64,000 bases of DNA from Squalus acanthias. Taxonomy: Eukaryota. The translations under genes and the position numbers were made by a program. The notes under the pieces are model-generated. The model worked only from the letters and a program-made list of their open reading frames with translations, made no database searches and was not told the DNA's origin. The stretch is from assembly GCA_030390025.1 (NCBI GenBank), contig CM059432.1:37636001-37700000 (forward strand), in the 5' to 3' direction. Positions 39,075 to 51,199 of this stretch are shown here, piece after piece. The stretch's first letter is position 1. Each line of letters starts with the position of its first letter.

Positions 39075-41560
39075 CCAACTAGTAATAGCCTCTTTGCATC
39101 CTCCTCAATACTTACATTCCCACCTAGCTTTGTATCATCAGCAAACTTGGATATATTACATTTGGTTCCCTCATCCAAATTATTGATATAGATTGTGAAT
39201 AGCTGAGGCCCAACACTGATCCTTGCGGTACCCCACTAGTTACAGCCTGCCAGCCCGAAAATGACCCGTTTATTTCTACACTCTGTTTTCTGTCTATTAA
39301 CCAATCCACAATCCATGCTAGTATATTACCCCCAATCCATGAGCCCTAATTTTGTTTAATAACCTCTTGTGTGGCACCTTATCGAATGCCTTCTGAAAAT
39401 CCAAATACACCACATCCACTGGTTCCCCCTCATCTACTCTGCTAGTTACAACCTCAAAACTAACAGATTTGTCAAACGTGATTTCCCTTTCATAAATCCA
39501 TGTTGACTCTGCCCAATCCTATTATTATTTTCTAAGTGCCCTGTTGCCACGTCCTTAATATTGGCCCAAAAATTAGTGCCGCTACGCGAGAGTACGCACT
39601 GTGTACTCTCGCGTATTCTGTCTCCAATTGCCGGTTTTCTGCATGCACTGCGCATGCGCTGAAAACCGGCACTTGGTGAATTCAAAAGGGGGCGGTTCCT
39701 AAGTGAACCGCGTGCGCGCTACAGGCTGCGCGCACGCAGTGCACTTAGTGCTTTGACGCGCAGGTAAGCATGGAACATTTTAGACATAAAGAAAGGAGGC
39801 GTAAGACCCTCTTTTAACAAGGTAAGTAGTTAATTAAGTATTATTTTGAATTTTTTTTAACAGGTATATCTTTTTTAGAGACTTTAAAGACAGGTAAGTT
39901 TATTTTTATAACTTTTTAAAAGATTTTAAATTTTTTCAAATTTAATTTTTTGTTTAAAATGGTTAATTTATTTAACTAATTTTATTAATGTGATGTTTTT
40001 TTTAAAAATTTAATTGAGGTTTAGCTGTTCTTTTGGGGGGGTATAGATTCATAGCTTTCACAGCACTTATGTGAAAGCTATGAATGAAAGATGGTGTGCT
40101 GCCATTGGCTCTAACTGAGTCACGTGATCCCACAGCTCGCACGAATTAACTACGCCTGTGGGATACGGAAGTCCTGCACAGCTGCTGTCCAGAACATCAA
40201 GTTCGTGCGAGCTCGGACTGAAAAAGCCAGCGCGCAGTGAGAGATCGCGGGGAGGCCTTACCCTCGCACGAAGGCTCACTCACGAATTTTTGGGCCAATA
40301 GGTTCTAGCATTTTCCCTACTACTGATGTCAGGCTAACTGGTCTGTAGTTCCCCATTTTCTCTCTTCCCTCCTTTCTTAAATAGTGTGGTTACATTTGCT
40401 ACCTTCCAATCCGCGGGAACCGTTCTAGAATCTATGGACTTTTGGAAGATGACAACCAATGCATCCACTATCTCTATAGCCACCTCTTTCAAAACCCGAG
40501 GATGTAGGCCATCAGGTCCAGGGGATTTATTGGCTTTCAGTCCCATTAATTTCTCCAGTACTTTTTTTAAATAATACTAATTTCTTTCAGTTCCTCTTTC
40601 TCGCTAGAGCCTTGGTTCTCCACTATTTCCGGGAGGTTTTTTGCACCTTCTTCCGTGAAGACAGACACAAAGTATTTGTTTAATTTCTCTGCCATTTCCT
40701 TATTCCCCATTATAATTTCTCCTGTCTCAGCCTGTAAGGACCCACGTTTACTTTCGCTAATCTTTTCCTTTTTACATACTTATAGAAGCTTTTACAGTCT
40801 TTTTATGTCTCTTGCTAGTTTACTCTCATATTCTATCAATATCAATTTATCAATTTCTTGGTCCTCCTTTGCTGAATTCTAAAATCCTCCTCCGGCTTAC
40901 TACTCATTTTGGCAACATTATAAGCCTCTTTCTTTAATCTAATACTCTCTTTAATTTCTCTTGTTAGCCACGGTTGGACCATTTTCCCGTGGTGCTTTAA
41001 TTCCTGAAGGGAATGTATATTTGTTGCGAATTATGAATTATTTCTTTAAATGTTTGCCATTGCTTTTCTACTGTCATACCTTTTAATCTAGTTTCCCAAC
41101 CTACCTTGGCCAACTCGCGCCTCATACCTACGTAGTTTGCTTTGTTCAGGTTTAGTACCCTAGTTTCGGACTTAACTAAATCACTCTCAAACGCAACATA
41201 AAATTCTATCATATTATGATCACTGCTCCCCAGAGGCTCCTTTACTACAAGGTTATTAATTAGCCCTGTCTCATTGCACACTACTAGATCTAAAATAGCC
41301 AATTCCCCCATAGGTTCCTTGACATACTGATCTAGAAAACTATCTTGAATGCATTCCATGAACTCTTCTACTGCACTATTTCTGCAAATTTGGTTTGCCC
41401 AGTCTATATGAAAGTTAAAGTCCCCCATGATTACTGTATTACCCTTGTTACATGCTTCTCTAATTTCCTGATTTATACTCTGCCCGACACTACAACCACT
41501 GTTAGGGGGCCTATAGACTACTCCCACTAGTGTTTTCTGCCCCTTGTTGTTTCTGCCCCC
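39075..41560 (-). mobile_element. CR1 LINE ORF2 (APE endonuclease to RT), split by a TIR element
   Basis: GVVYRPP, MGDFN, LDLV, SDHN (40997-41527); KSPGPDGLHPRVLKE; QHGFMKGKS; GVPQGSVLG; FADDTK. Confidence 0.92.
39563..40296. mobile_element. Non-autonomous TIR element (Harbinger-like), CpG-rich ends and AT-rich core
   Basis: TIR GGCCCAAAAATT / AATTTTTGGGCC, flanks ATT/AAT; splits CR1; second copy inverted at 58401-59137. Confidence 0.85.
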
Positions 41561-42674
41561 AGCTTAATTCTCAGTTGATTTAACCTGACAAAACGGTGGA
41601 TTGTGTTTGTCAGATTGGTGGGAATGTGTTTGCTATTGGCTGGAACAGGTAGCCAAACTGTGTGAAAATATGTAAATAGTCTGTAAGAATCAATTGGAAC
41701 GTATGTTGCAACTCACCGTTAATAAGCCCATGTCAGATCTGCTAATATATGTATATAAATATGGCAAAATCAAAAAATGTTAGATTCATGCAATTTAATT
41801 ATTATACGAATGAGGTTCATATGCAGTATATTAGCTAGGTAGGGGTTACGTAGTTATTTTTGGGAATTTTGATTTGCTTACTTTGAAGGAAATAATAAGA
41901 ACTTGAAGAGATTGACCCCAAAATGGTGCAGTCAGTCCGTTAGGAATAATCAGCACATGGGCAACCTTTACTGTCTTCCTGCTTGGTGCGCAGTATGAAG
42001 TCTTAAACTTCAGTCAGTACATTTAGCAGTTTGTTACTCGGATGTGTTTAGTGCAGGGCTTCAAAGCAATTAATGTATTTATTGCTACACGACTATTGCA
42101 TCAGCTTAATTTCTGCCCGAAGCCACCTCATGTGACTGCTCCTGCTTTCCCTTTTCAGCGGCTTTTGCTGCAGGGCTAGCTTTTAAACCAGGATTACTTT
42201 GATATTATTTGTTTCTCTGGAATAAAGCCTGGGCTGCTGACCTAGCATAAAAAGAGCTCTGCTTGGAAAAGTAATGTCGGGCTGTGATGTAACGGATAAC
42301 AATAAGATTTTCACACTGTGTGTACACGGCACAGAAACCGACCAGTCAGCTCAATCACTGACACGTTAAAACGACTCTTTTATTCTTTTCCTCTTCCCCT
42401 TCACATCACTTCCAGCTGGATAGGCAGAGTGGGCTTGCTTGGCTGTAAGCATTCCTCGTGATGTGGGATCAGTGCCACTCCCTGCTCAGCAGGTGGCAGG
42501 ACAAGAGGAGCAGGGTCAGGATTATTCCCAGTTAGGAGGTGAAACGGCTCACCTCTGTCTGGACCCTCATCGAGCTGCTTTGTCCAGAACTGGCATCTTT
42601 CACCGTTCAGAGAAGCAGAGCGATGGAAAGCCTTGGGTCTCATAATCATACAAAATGAATAATCAGAAATACAA

Positions 42675-43505
42675 CATCAACAACTTGCATTTACATAGCA
42701 CCTTTAATGTAGTAAGGCGCTTGAAGGAGCGTTATCAAGCAAAATTTTGACACCGAGTCACATAAGGAGCTACAGGAAACTTTTGTTTATCCGGCACCCA
42801 AATATCCGGAATTCTCGCTTAACCGGCAAAAATCATCCTCCGAAAACTCCTCTCAAATAACCGGCAATGTTGCCGAGTCGCAGTCGAGTCTCTGCGAACG
42901 CCGAGTACTCCGAAAACTCCTCTCAAATAACCGGCAATGTTGCCGAGTCCCGAGTCCGAGTCCGCGAACGCCGATTTAGTCAGTAGGGGTAGTTTTCAAA
43001 AGTGCCACTATTCGGCCTCCTGGCGCTGTCGGAAGTCCGAAACACTGCAGTAGCAGGAGTTGATTCTCCCGCGCTGCCTGGAGTCTCTTTGTTAAAAATA
43101 GCCTCGGTAGATATAACTCTCCGTTATCCGGTACTTTCGATAAACCGGCACCACGCCGGTCCCGTCGGTGCCGGTTAATAAAGAGTTTCCTGTATTAGGA
43201 CAGATGAGTGGTAGGTTTTAAAGAGCGTCTTAAAGAAGGAAAGAGAGGTAGAGAAGCGGAGAGGTTTAGGGAGGGAATTCCAGAGCTTGGGGCCTAGGCA
43301 GCTGAAGGCACGGCCGCCAATGGTGGAGCAGTGAAAATCAGGGACAAAAACAGAACATACTGGAAACGCACAGCAGATCTGTCCGCATCCGTAAACAAAG
43401 ATAAGTTTGTTCTGTTTTCTCATAAATATGAGAATTTTAAAATCGAGGAATTGGCGTACCGGGAGACAATGTAGGTCAGCGAGCAGAAGGGTGATGGGCG
43501 AACAC
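42675..43505 (-). mobile_element. L2 LINE 3' end, split by a MITE
   Basis: caacaacttgcatttacatagcaccttt tail; GGRAFSCLGPKLWNSLP. Confidence 0.85.
42773..43192. mobile_element. Tigger-like MITE (same family as 5298-5697, opposite orientation)
   Basis: CAGGAAACT...AGTTTCCTG, TA TSD, same internal duplication. Confidence 0.9.
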
Positions 43506-44902
43506 TGTCTGGTTCCTCCACTCTCCTGTAATTGTTATTGGATGGCATTTCAGAAAATGGGGGTATTGAAATCCTAATGTCCCTGCTTCATCGCTGTAAG
43601 TGTGGTAGCGTGGAACACTGTTTGACTGCAAGCAAGGACGTTAACTTCGTCTCAAATCGTGGGGATGGAGTTGTGTTCAATATTCGGGACCGGTAACCCG
43701 TGCCTGATAGAATGCAACAGAGGTGGCCGCTCCGATTGCCAATAAGAAAGTCAGAACGGAACCTGTCTTCACTGATGGCTGAAGTTGAAGGTCCTTAATA
43801 GGCTCGAGATAGAATTTGTGAAATATATTTCAGCACTGCAGGGGAACAAAGTTTGCACAAGGAAAATTGAACCCCTCTGGGGAATCTTGGGGCCTTCACT
43901 AAGCACATGACCGAATTCACACGCGCTCTCAGCTGCTGAGAGTTTCATTGGGCCTAACTGGGGCATAATAGACTGAATTGTTGGGGTGGCCTGGGAAGTC
44001 CTCTAGACACGCCCCAAAATAGAATTGGAGAGGGGGAAACCTGCAGCCCTCCTCCAACTGGACTCTGGGTTGGGCTTTAAATGGGACAGAAGCCCTGTGA
44101 ACCTGCCCCAAATTCCAGCCCTCCCCCCCCCCCCACCCCTGGTGGGCAACCTGCCTGCTTTTTGCCTTCCCCAGCCACCGTAATTTTGGACCCTTGATCT
44201 TCTGCAAGTCTTATAGGACAGCAGAGACATGGAATAGTATAATGATGTGAATCCTCTACCTTGACCTTCTACAAAAAAAGTGTAAAATTTTAAAAGTTGG
44301 AGCGCCAGCAGGGAATTTGTACTGAGCCAGGCCCAGTGCATCATATGTGCTAGTGCTATGATGCAGTCTTAAGTCACAATGCAGGCACACTGATATGATG
44401 AACTTGCCCAGCGGACTCCGAAGATTTCAAAAGAACGTCGTTCCAGCAGCATAACAAAAGATCCATGACCAAGTCATTCATGTTTCCAAGCCCAACTGAC
44501 GGCAGCGAACCATGTATTGGCCACTGGCTATGGCATGGAAGTGTAAATAAACCCTATGAAAGTGGCGAGGGATGATTCACCGAAAGACTTTCCCCTCCCT
44601 GGAGGGAATTGCTCAAGCTCTGCTCACTCTGATGGCCAACAAAGATTGCAAGCGCTGTGTCAGAAACCATAAACATGACCTGTTACTCCGTGTGGGAGGA
44701 CCACGGACTGTGCCATTTGTGCAGCCTCCCACTGAATAACTGTTTCAGCGATAGCTGAGAGCAGACATTAATTTAAAGAGGAGAGTGTTGTAGCAGCAGC
44801 TCATTCTCAGATTCACTGGCATACTCGCTCAGTCAGCAGTTTACCATTGTAGGAATTAGAGGAAGGAGGAAAACTGCAGCATGCTGCTAGATCCAGTATT
44901 AC

Positions 44903-45325
44903 GAAGAAAGAAAAAGACTCGCATTTATAAAGTACCTCTTAGGACATCAGGACGTCCCAAAGCGCTTTACAACCAATGAAGTACTTTTGCAGTGTAGTCA
45001 CTGTTGTAATGTAGGAAACGCGGCAGCCTATTTGCGCACAGCAAGCTCCCACAAACAGCAATGTGGTAATGACCAGATAATCTGTTTTCGTGATGATGAT
45101 TGAGGGATAAATATTGGCACTGGGAAGAACTCTCCTGCTCTTCTTCAAAATAGTGCCATGGGATCTTTTATGTTCTCCTGAGAGGGCAGACGTCTCATCC
45201 GAAAGATGGCACCTCAGACAGTGCAGCACTCCTCAGTACTACACTGAAGTGTCAGCCTGGATTACATGCTCAAGTCTCTGGAGTGGAACTTGAACCCATA
45301 ACCTTTTGATTTAGAGTGAGAATGC
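44903..45325 (-). mobile_element. SacSINE1/DeuSINE-like SINE
   Basis: Same head, core and tail as 36678-37124. Confidence 0.88.
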
Positions 45326-45876
45326 TAATACCATGGCCTAGTGGGTAAAGCCTGCCTACACTCATTCAGCACATACCTGAAGAATATCCACTTGGGAGTG
45401 GCACCAGATGTTTGCCGGCTGCCCAGTGAAGCCGACCTCAAAGTCCGTGCTTTCAGGAGAGGAGGGGAGGAGACTGGAAAAAAAAAAATTGCTCAAGGTG
45501 CACACATGTCTATGTCATCATTGAAACTGCTTCAGTATGATACAGCTATGCAGCACAATCTGAGCTGATGTGTTATTCTCTGTGTAATCCACTGACAGAG
45601 AAGAAACTTATTGGCCTAGAAATTGGAGGTTTCAGCATTGAGGCCTGTTTTGGTGAAAAATTGGTGGCTGCCTCACTTTAGCCCGTTTGCAGCGGCTGCC
45701 ATTTTCGGCAAGTCGACAGTGCTGTCGATGGCCACGCTTACTGGAGATATTTAGATTAGGCAGATCATAACTTCAGTGAGTGTGCACGCGCACTTGATGC
45801 CCGATCTGCCATTTTTTTGCGTTCGCCGCTCCACTTACTGGCCTTTGTTAATCGTTTTGAAAAGATAAGATTTTTG

Positions 45877-46523
45877 GGGGGGGAAATTCAGTTGATTTGC
45901 ACCTCCCATTAGCTCCCTAAGAGGGCGCTAACGGGGTGCAAAGCAACTAGCGCCTGGGCATGGCACTGCTAACGCCCCGCGAAATTCAGCGGGAGGTTAG
46001 CGGCGGCGGTAACCATTAGTGCTCTGCGGCGCTGCGCCTCCGGCGATGACGACATCACCGTGCGCAGCGCCCCACTCGCGCCCCGGCCACGATCTTCGGT
46101 AGCGCCCCCTGACTTGGCGCCGGATGCTATATCCGACAGGGTCAAGGGGCCCTACCTGCGGCCGGGGCGACGCAAATTAAAGGGGAGGTGCCGGGCGGCC
46201 ATTTTTGTTGCTGCCAGCACCTGCCTCCGTTGCCGTCCCGGCCTCCAGGGTGCCGGCTACGCTTTTCTTGCCGGCACTCTGATCCCTGGTGGCCCAGCTG
46301 GGCCCCGGGCCGCGCTGCGCTAGGCCCCTCCCTTTTAATAAGGGGAGGAAGGCCTGGCACTGCTACACATAGCGCCGCGATATTCACTCGCAGCGCCCCA
46401 AGAGGGAGGCGGGGCGCTTCCAGTAGTGCCCCGCCCCTCTCTTGGGGAGCTACCAGTGAATTTCGGGCGCGGGGGCGCTAAAAGTAGCACCCTGGCAAAG
46501 TTGGCGCCCCAAATTTTGCCCCC
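45877..46523. mobile_element. Harbinger-like non-autonomous element related to 21277-22170
   Basis: Left end is the reverse complement of 22085-22170; right end AAATTTTGCCCCC; possible TTG TSD. Confidence 0.75.
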
Positions 46524-47278
46524 TTGGACTCTAGGGGAATCAAGGGATATGGAGATCGGGCGGGAAAGCGGAGTTGAGGTCGAAGATCAGCCCAAAGTCA
46601 GAAAATGTAATCAAGAGGCTGAGAATTGTTTTTGTCCAACTTCAATAGTGGTATGACTTTAAGCATGAGTGCCCTAGCTTTGTGGGCCGCTTGGGTGCAG
46701 GAGGCCACATATGAAGTTTAAATCAACATTCACATTAATTTGCATATATGTCAGCCTTTGGATACAATTGGATCTTGCTGTATGATTTAGAATTTATCCA
46801 CCAGTGAGGCAGATTTTCAAACCACCAAGTTTACAAAATTTAAACAGGACAAACCCAGGCAGTAAGAGGTAGAAGCGCCAATGGAGCCTAGTTTGCCTGG
46901 GCTTTGTGGATTGGACTGCCAGGGTTTTTTTTGTGGCATCTGACCCAAGGGCAATATTTTTGATGCCCCAACGATCCAGGATATTGTCTCCATTTAAAAT
47001 TGGCAGGAGCCGAAGTCCCTCAGGATGTGACCCCACCTCACTGGCCACCACAGACACATCGGAGTACAAATTGGACCTTGTTGCTCTTGTTTTATGGATG
47101 TAAAATAGGCACAACATGGGCCGATTTCAGAAACTAACGTCCTACACCCAAAGAATGCCTCAAAGACGTATAACCCGATATTGGGTCGTGTGATTTTTCA
47201 GGCATTCCTGGGAGCCATCAGAAACCAGGCGCCAACAAATTTTATACCCCATTGGCTCCCAACTAAGTCACCTGGAGT

Positions 47279-47667
47279 GAAAGAGAAACTTACATTTATA
47301 AAGCGCCTTTCACGACCTCAGGATGTCCCAAAGCGCTTTACAGCCAATGAAGTACTTTTTGAAGTGTAGTCACTGTGGTAATGTAGGAAACGCAGCAGCC
47401 GATATGCACACAACAAGCTCCCACAAACAGCAATGTGATAATGACCAGATAATCTGTTTTTTTTTTAAGTGATGTTGATTGAGGGATAAATATTGGCCAG
47501 GACACCGGGGATAACTCCCCTGCTCTTCTTCGAAATAGTGCCATGGGATCTTTTACGTCCACCTCAGAGGGCAGACGGGGCCTCGGTTTAACGCCTCATC
47601 CGAAAGATGGCACCTCCGACAGTGCAGCACTCCCTCAGCACTGCACTGGAGTGTCAGCCTAGATTTT
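47279..47667 (-). mobile_element. SacSINE1-like SINE lacking the tRNA head
   Basis: Core and tail match the other copies. Confidence 0.88.
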
Positions 47668-48642
47668 GAAGAGTGGGAAATTCCTAGTGTGGGGAGTCTT
47701 CACCCTTGGCTCCATGTCACTGATGTGGGCATTGTAAGGTGGTGATGCAGAATCCGCCCCTTGCAAAGCAAGGTAGAAACCTGGTACAGCTAAATCTCTG
47801 CCATTTTCTGAGGGTTCTGCTGGAGTTACTGTGGGAGACTAGCAGAACCCCTGAGGGATTTAGGCCCTCAAGTGTTGCAATGTATGTATACTACGGTTTT
47901 TGTAAATAGGTATGAATGGAGATAACATACGTGATCATTTGTAGATCTTTTCTAAAATCAATTAATACATTTTCCAAAATTTTTAAATTCATCATCTGGA
48001 ACTTCCAGACTAATGTATGAAGTCATTTGTTCAAGTCATTGTCCAAGAGGAATATTTATCAATTCATTACTCCAATTAATTAACTTCTAAATTATTTCAC
48101 TTAATGCTCTACAGATCATAGCTAGGTTCTGGGAATAATTAAAATATGGTCTTGTTTAAGGACAGTTAAAGCATAAAGAACAATGGCGTGTGCACCTATG
48201 TAAACAGTGACCGCACTGACCGCACTATCAAACAATGGCAACCTATCAAGTCTTGTATTATCAGTTTATTTAGCAGAATTTACTAGCACTAGCAATATTT
48301 TAAGATAAGGAGTAGCTAGCACACATCAGCCAAACTGCATTGCGCAACCCTCCCCAGGCCGAGCATTGCTGGGATTTAAATGCTGCTTCTAACTGTTGGA
48401 CATCACTCTACATGCTGTTACCTATCCCCTGGACAGAATTGTGAGAAATGAGGCACCTCCCTGCCCCTGCTGAGATAACACTAGAGTAAATATTCACATA
48501 CATCATATATATCCCTTCCTCGGTCTCTACTCCGAGACGCTAATCAGACTGACATATCAAAACAATGTAATCCACCTGTGTCATTATACCATGGAAAAGT
48601 GGGAATTTCTAATTTTCAAAATACCTGGTACAAAAAGACTTT

Positions 48643-49090
48643 GAAAGAAAAACTTGCATTTATATAGCGCCTTTCACGACCACCGGACGACTCAAAGCGC
48701 TTTACAGCTAATGTATTTTTGAAGTGGAGTCACTGTTAAAATGTGGGAAATTTGCACACAGCAAGCTCCCACAAACAGCAATGTGATAATGACCAGATAA
48801 TCATTTTGTTATGTTGGTTGAGGGATAAATATTGGCCAGGACACCGGGGATAACTCCCCTGCTCTTCTTCAAAATAGTGCCATGGGATCTTTTATGTCCA
48901 CCTGAGAGAGCAGACGGGGCCTCGCTTTAACGTCTCATCCGAAAGACAGCACCTCCGACAGTGCAGCACTCCCTCAGCACTGTACTGGAGTGTCAGCCTA
49001 GATTTATGTGCTCAAGTCCCTGGAGTGGGTCTTGAACCCACAACCTTCTGACTCCGAGGTGAGTGAGCTACCCACTGCGCCACAGCTGAC
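48643..49090 (-). mobile_element. Full-length SacSINE1-like SINE, about 180 bp upstream of the first CABLES1 exon
   Basis: Head ends ...ccacagctgac at 49090; tail gaaagaaaaacttgcatttatatagcgcc. Confidence 0.9.
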
Positions 49091-49269
49091 TTTGCTGGAA
49101 TTATCATCTTCTCTTCCCCCAATGTTTTAATCCCATTGTTCTACAGATACAGAGTCCTTTCATCTTCAGTTACTGTGCAAGAATGCAGCTTGGGGTTGTC
49201 CAGAGATCTGTGCAGCAGAGAATGTGTATAACGTGAAGATTCACTGTGTGCTCCTCTTATACCTTCCAG

Positions 49270-49341
49270 GCGCCGGTTGATTTCCCAGCGTTCTTCATTA
49301 GAAACTCTGGAAGACATTGAGGAAAATGCTCCATTACGGAG
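49270..49341 (+). CDS. CABLES1: CABLES1 (CDK5 and ABL1 enzyme substrate 1) internal coding exon, 72 nt, phase 2-2 (human exon 2 equivalent)
   Basis: Acceptor ctcctcttataccttccag and donor AG|gtatgg. Translates (R)RRLISQRSSLETLEDIEENAPLR(R), matching the mammalian CABLES1 segment as I recall it. Confidence 0.95.
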
Positions 49342-49799
49342 GTATGGAAATAACCCGTGCTGTCATTAACATCGCTGACTAGTTTGCTTTCACACCTTTA
49401 ATCAGTGGAATACTGACACCATCCCATCAAGTAATCACCACTGTTGCATAGATTATACAGCAAAATCCTATCTACTCCATCAAACAGTAATTTTCCAGAT
49501 GGACCCAGTCTTGTCAGGTAATGTGATGTGGGTTAGTCCCAGCTCTACTACACCAGGAGATGGGTTACTAGTATATGAAACATTACTGGATTAGTTGGCA
49601 ATAAAGGGGGATTCTCCACTGAAAAGAACATATTGATGTTCAGCCTGGCTGCAAATACTCATGTAACCCAACCTTTCTTCATATGGTATTGTCCACAATG
49701 GAAACCAATATCAGTCACACGAATGGTGTAAGTTGGATCCTTTAGAGGGGAATTGCACTGCTGTTACATTTAGTTACTGTCTATTTCAGGCACTAGTTG

Positions 49800-50170
49800 C
49801 AGGAAACTCTCGTTTAAACGGCACCTAATTATCCGGAATTCTCTAATAACCGGCAAAATTCTGGAGTAGGTTTTGAGGCTTCCGTATACTGTATATTTGT
49901 GGCTGTGTAACCGGGGTTCTCGTACCTTTTGCCGTGTAACCATGGCTCCTGCACCTCTGGTTGTGTAACCGGGTCCCCTGTACCTGTGGCTGTGGAACGG
50001 GGCTCCAGCACTTGTGGCTGTGTTACGGGGCTCCAGCACTTGTGGCTGTGTGAACGGGGCTCTCGTACCGTGGGCTATTGTCACTCCATGTCCCTTCTTC
50101 GTTATCCGGAATTTTTAATCAACCGGCACCATCCCGGTCCCATAGGTGCCAGATACGAAAGAGTTTCCTG
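49800..50170. mobile_element. Tigger-like MITE with internal 28-29 bp minisatellite, in the short CABLES1 intron
   Basis: CAGGAAACTCT / AGAGTTTCCTG, flanks TG/TA; about 6 degenerate tggctgtgtaacggggctccagcacttg units at about 49897-50072. Confidence 0.85.
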
Positions 50171-50232
50171 TATTGAGAAAGTAACTTGATTTCACTCCGT
50201 AATGGTTTGTGTTTTTATTGCCTTTTTTGCAG

Positions 50233-50325
50233 ATGTAGGACTCTATCAGGTTCACCCAGACCAAAGAGCTTTAAGAAAATTCACTTTATCAAAAATATGC
50301 GACAGCACGACACCAGAAACGGCAG
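50233..50325 (+). CDS. CABLES1: CABLES1 internal coding exon, 93 nt, phase 2-2 (human exon 3 equivalent)
   Basis: Acceptor ttttattgccttttttgcag and donor AG|gtatgg. Translates (R)CRTLSGSPRPKSFKKIHFIKNMRQHDTRNG(R), in frame with the previous exon. Recalled human sequence has PKNFKK; the CDK-site SP in LSGSPRPK is retained. Confidence 0.95.
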
Positions 50326-50752
50326 GTATGGAGCAAATTTTTTTTTAAATAATTTTCTGTCAAACATTTGGGTTCCAGTGGTGTTCTGTGTTGGCTGTTG
50401 TTAATCATGAGTCAGAGGGCGAGAACACATTTTTTCCATGGCATTTTAGTTTAGAGTTATAATGGAGTTCAGTTGATAAACCTTACATTGGCAGTAAGAG
50501 TGACTTGTCTCCAAGCAACTGTAGCAATTCACCAATCAATGGTATACCTGTGGGGAAAGGAGCTGCTACCAGAGCTTAGAATATCTATTGTTGTTATAGG
50601 ACAGTATACAATTTGATGCGGTGCTGTACTGTACCTCAGTGATATGTACTGAATTACAATGGCATTTAGGGCTTAGCATCGTACGATAGTAATAGCATAT
50701 GTGTAGCCTGAGACTACTTGGGTCGAGTGATGTAACATCCTGACGCTGCAAG

Positions 50753-51199
50753 GTGTTAGCCATGGCTCAGTGGTAGCACTCTTGCCTCTAAGTCAGAAGG
50801 TTGTGGGTTCAAGTCCCCCTCCAGAGGCTGGAGCATGTAATCTAGGCTGACACACTAGTGCAGTACTGAGGGAGTGCTGCACTAATCAGATATTAAACTA
50901 AGCCCCTATCTGCCCTCTCGGGTGGATGTACAAAATCCCATGGCATGATTTGAAGAAGAGCAGGGGAGATCTACTGGTGTCCTGGACAATATTTATCCCT
51001 CAACCAACATCACTAAAACAAATTATCTGGTCATTATGTCATTGTTGTGGGAGCTTGCTGTGTGCAAAGTGGCTGCTGCATTCCCCTACATTACAACAAT
51101 GCCTACACTTCAAAGTACTAAATTGGCTGTAGAGCAATTTGGGGCAACTTGAGGTTGTGAATGGCGCTATATCAATGCAAATTCCTCCTTTCTTTCTTT
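50753..51199 (+). mobile_element. Full-length SacSINE1-like SINE, about 430 bp downstream of the second CABLES1 exon
   Basis: A box tggctcagtgg, B box ggttcaagtcc, core and tail present. Confidence 0.88.

Noticed and set aside
42060..42400. Possible conserved non-coding enhancer
   Set aside because: Repeat-free, but conservation cannot be judged without alignments.
50753..50830. tRNA gene (A and B boxes)
   Set aside because: It is a SINE head continuing into the Deu-like core, with no full cloverleaf or terminator; the same holds for the other copies.
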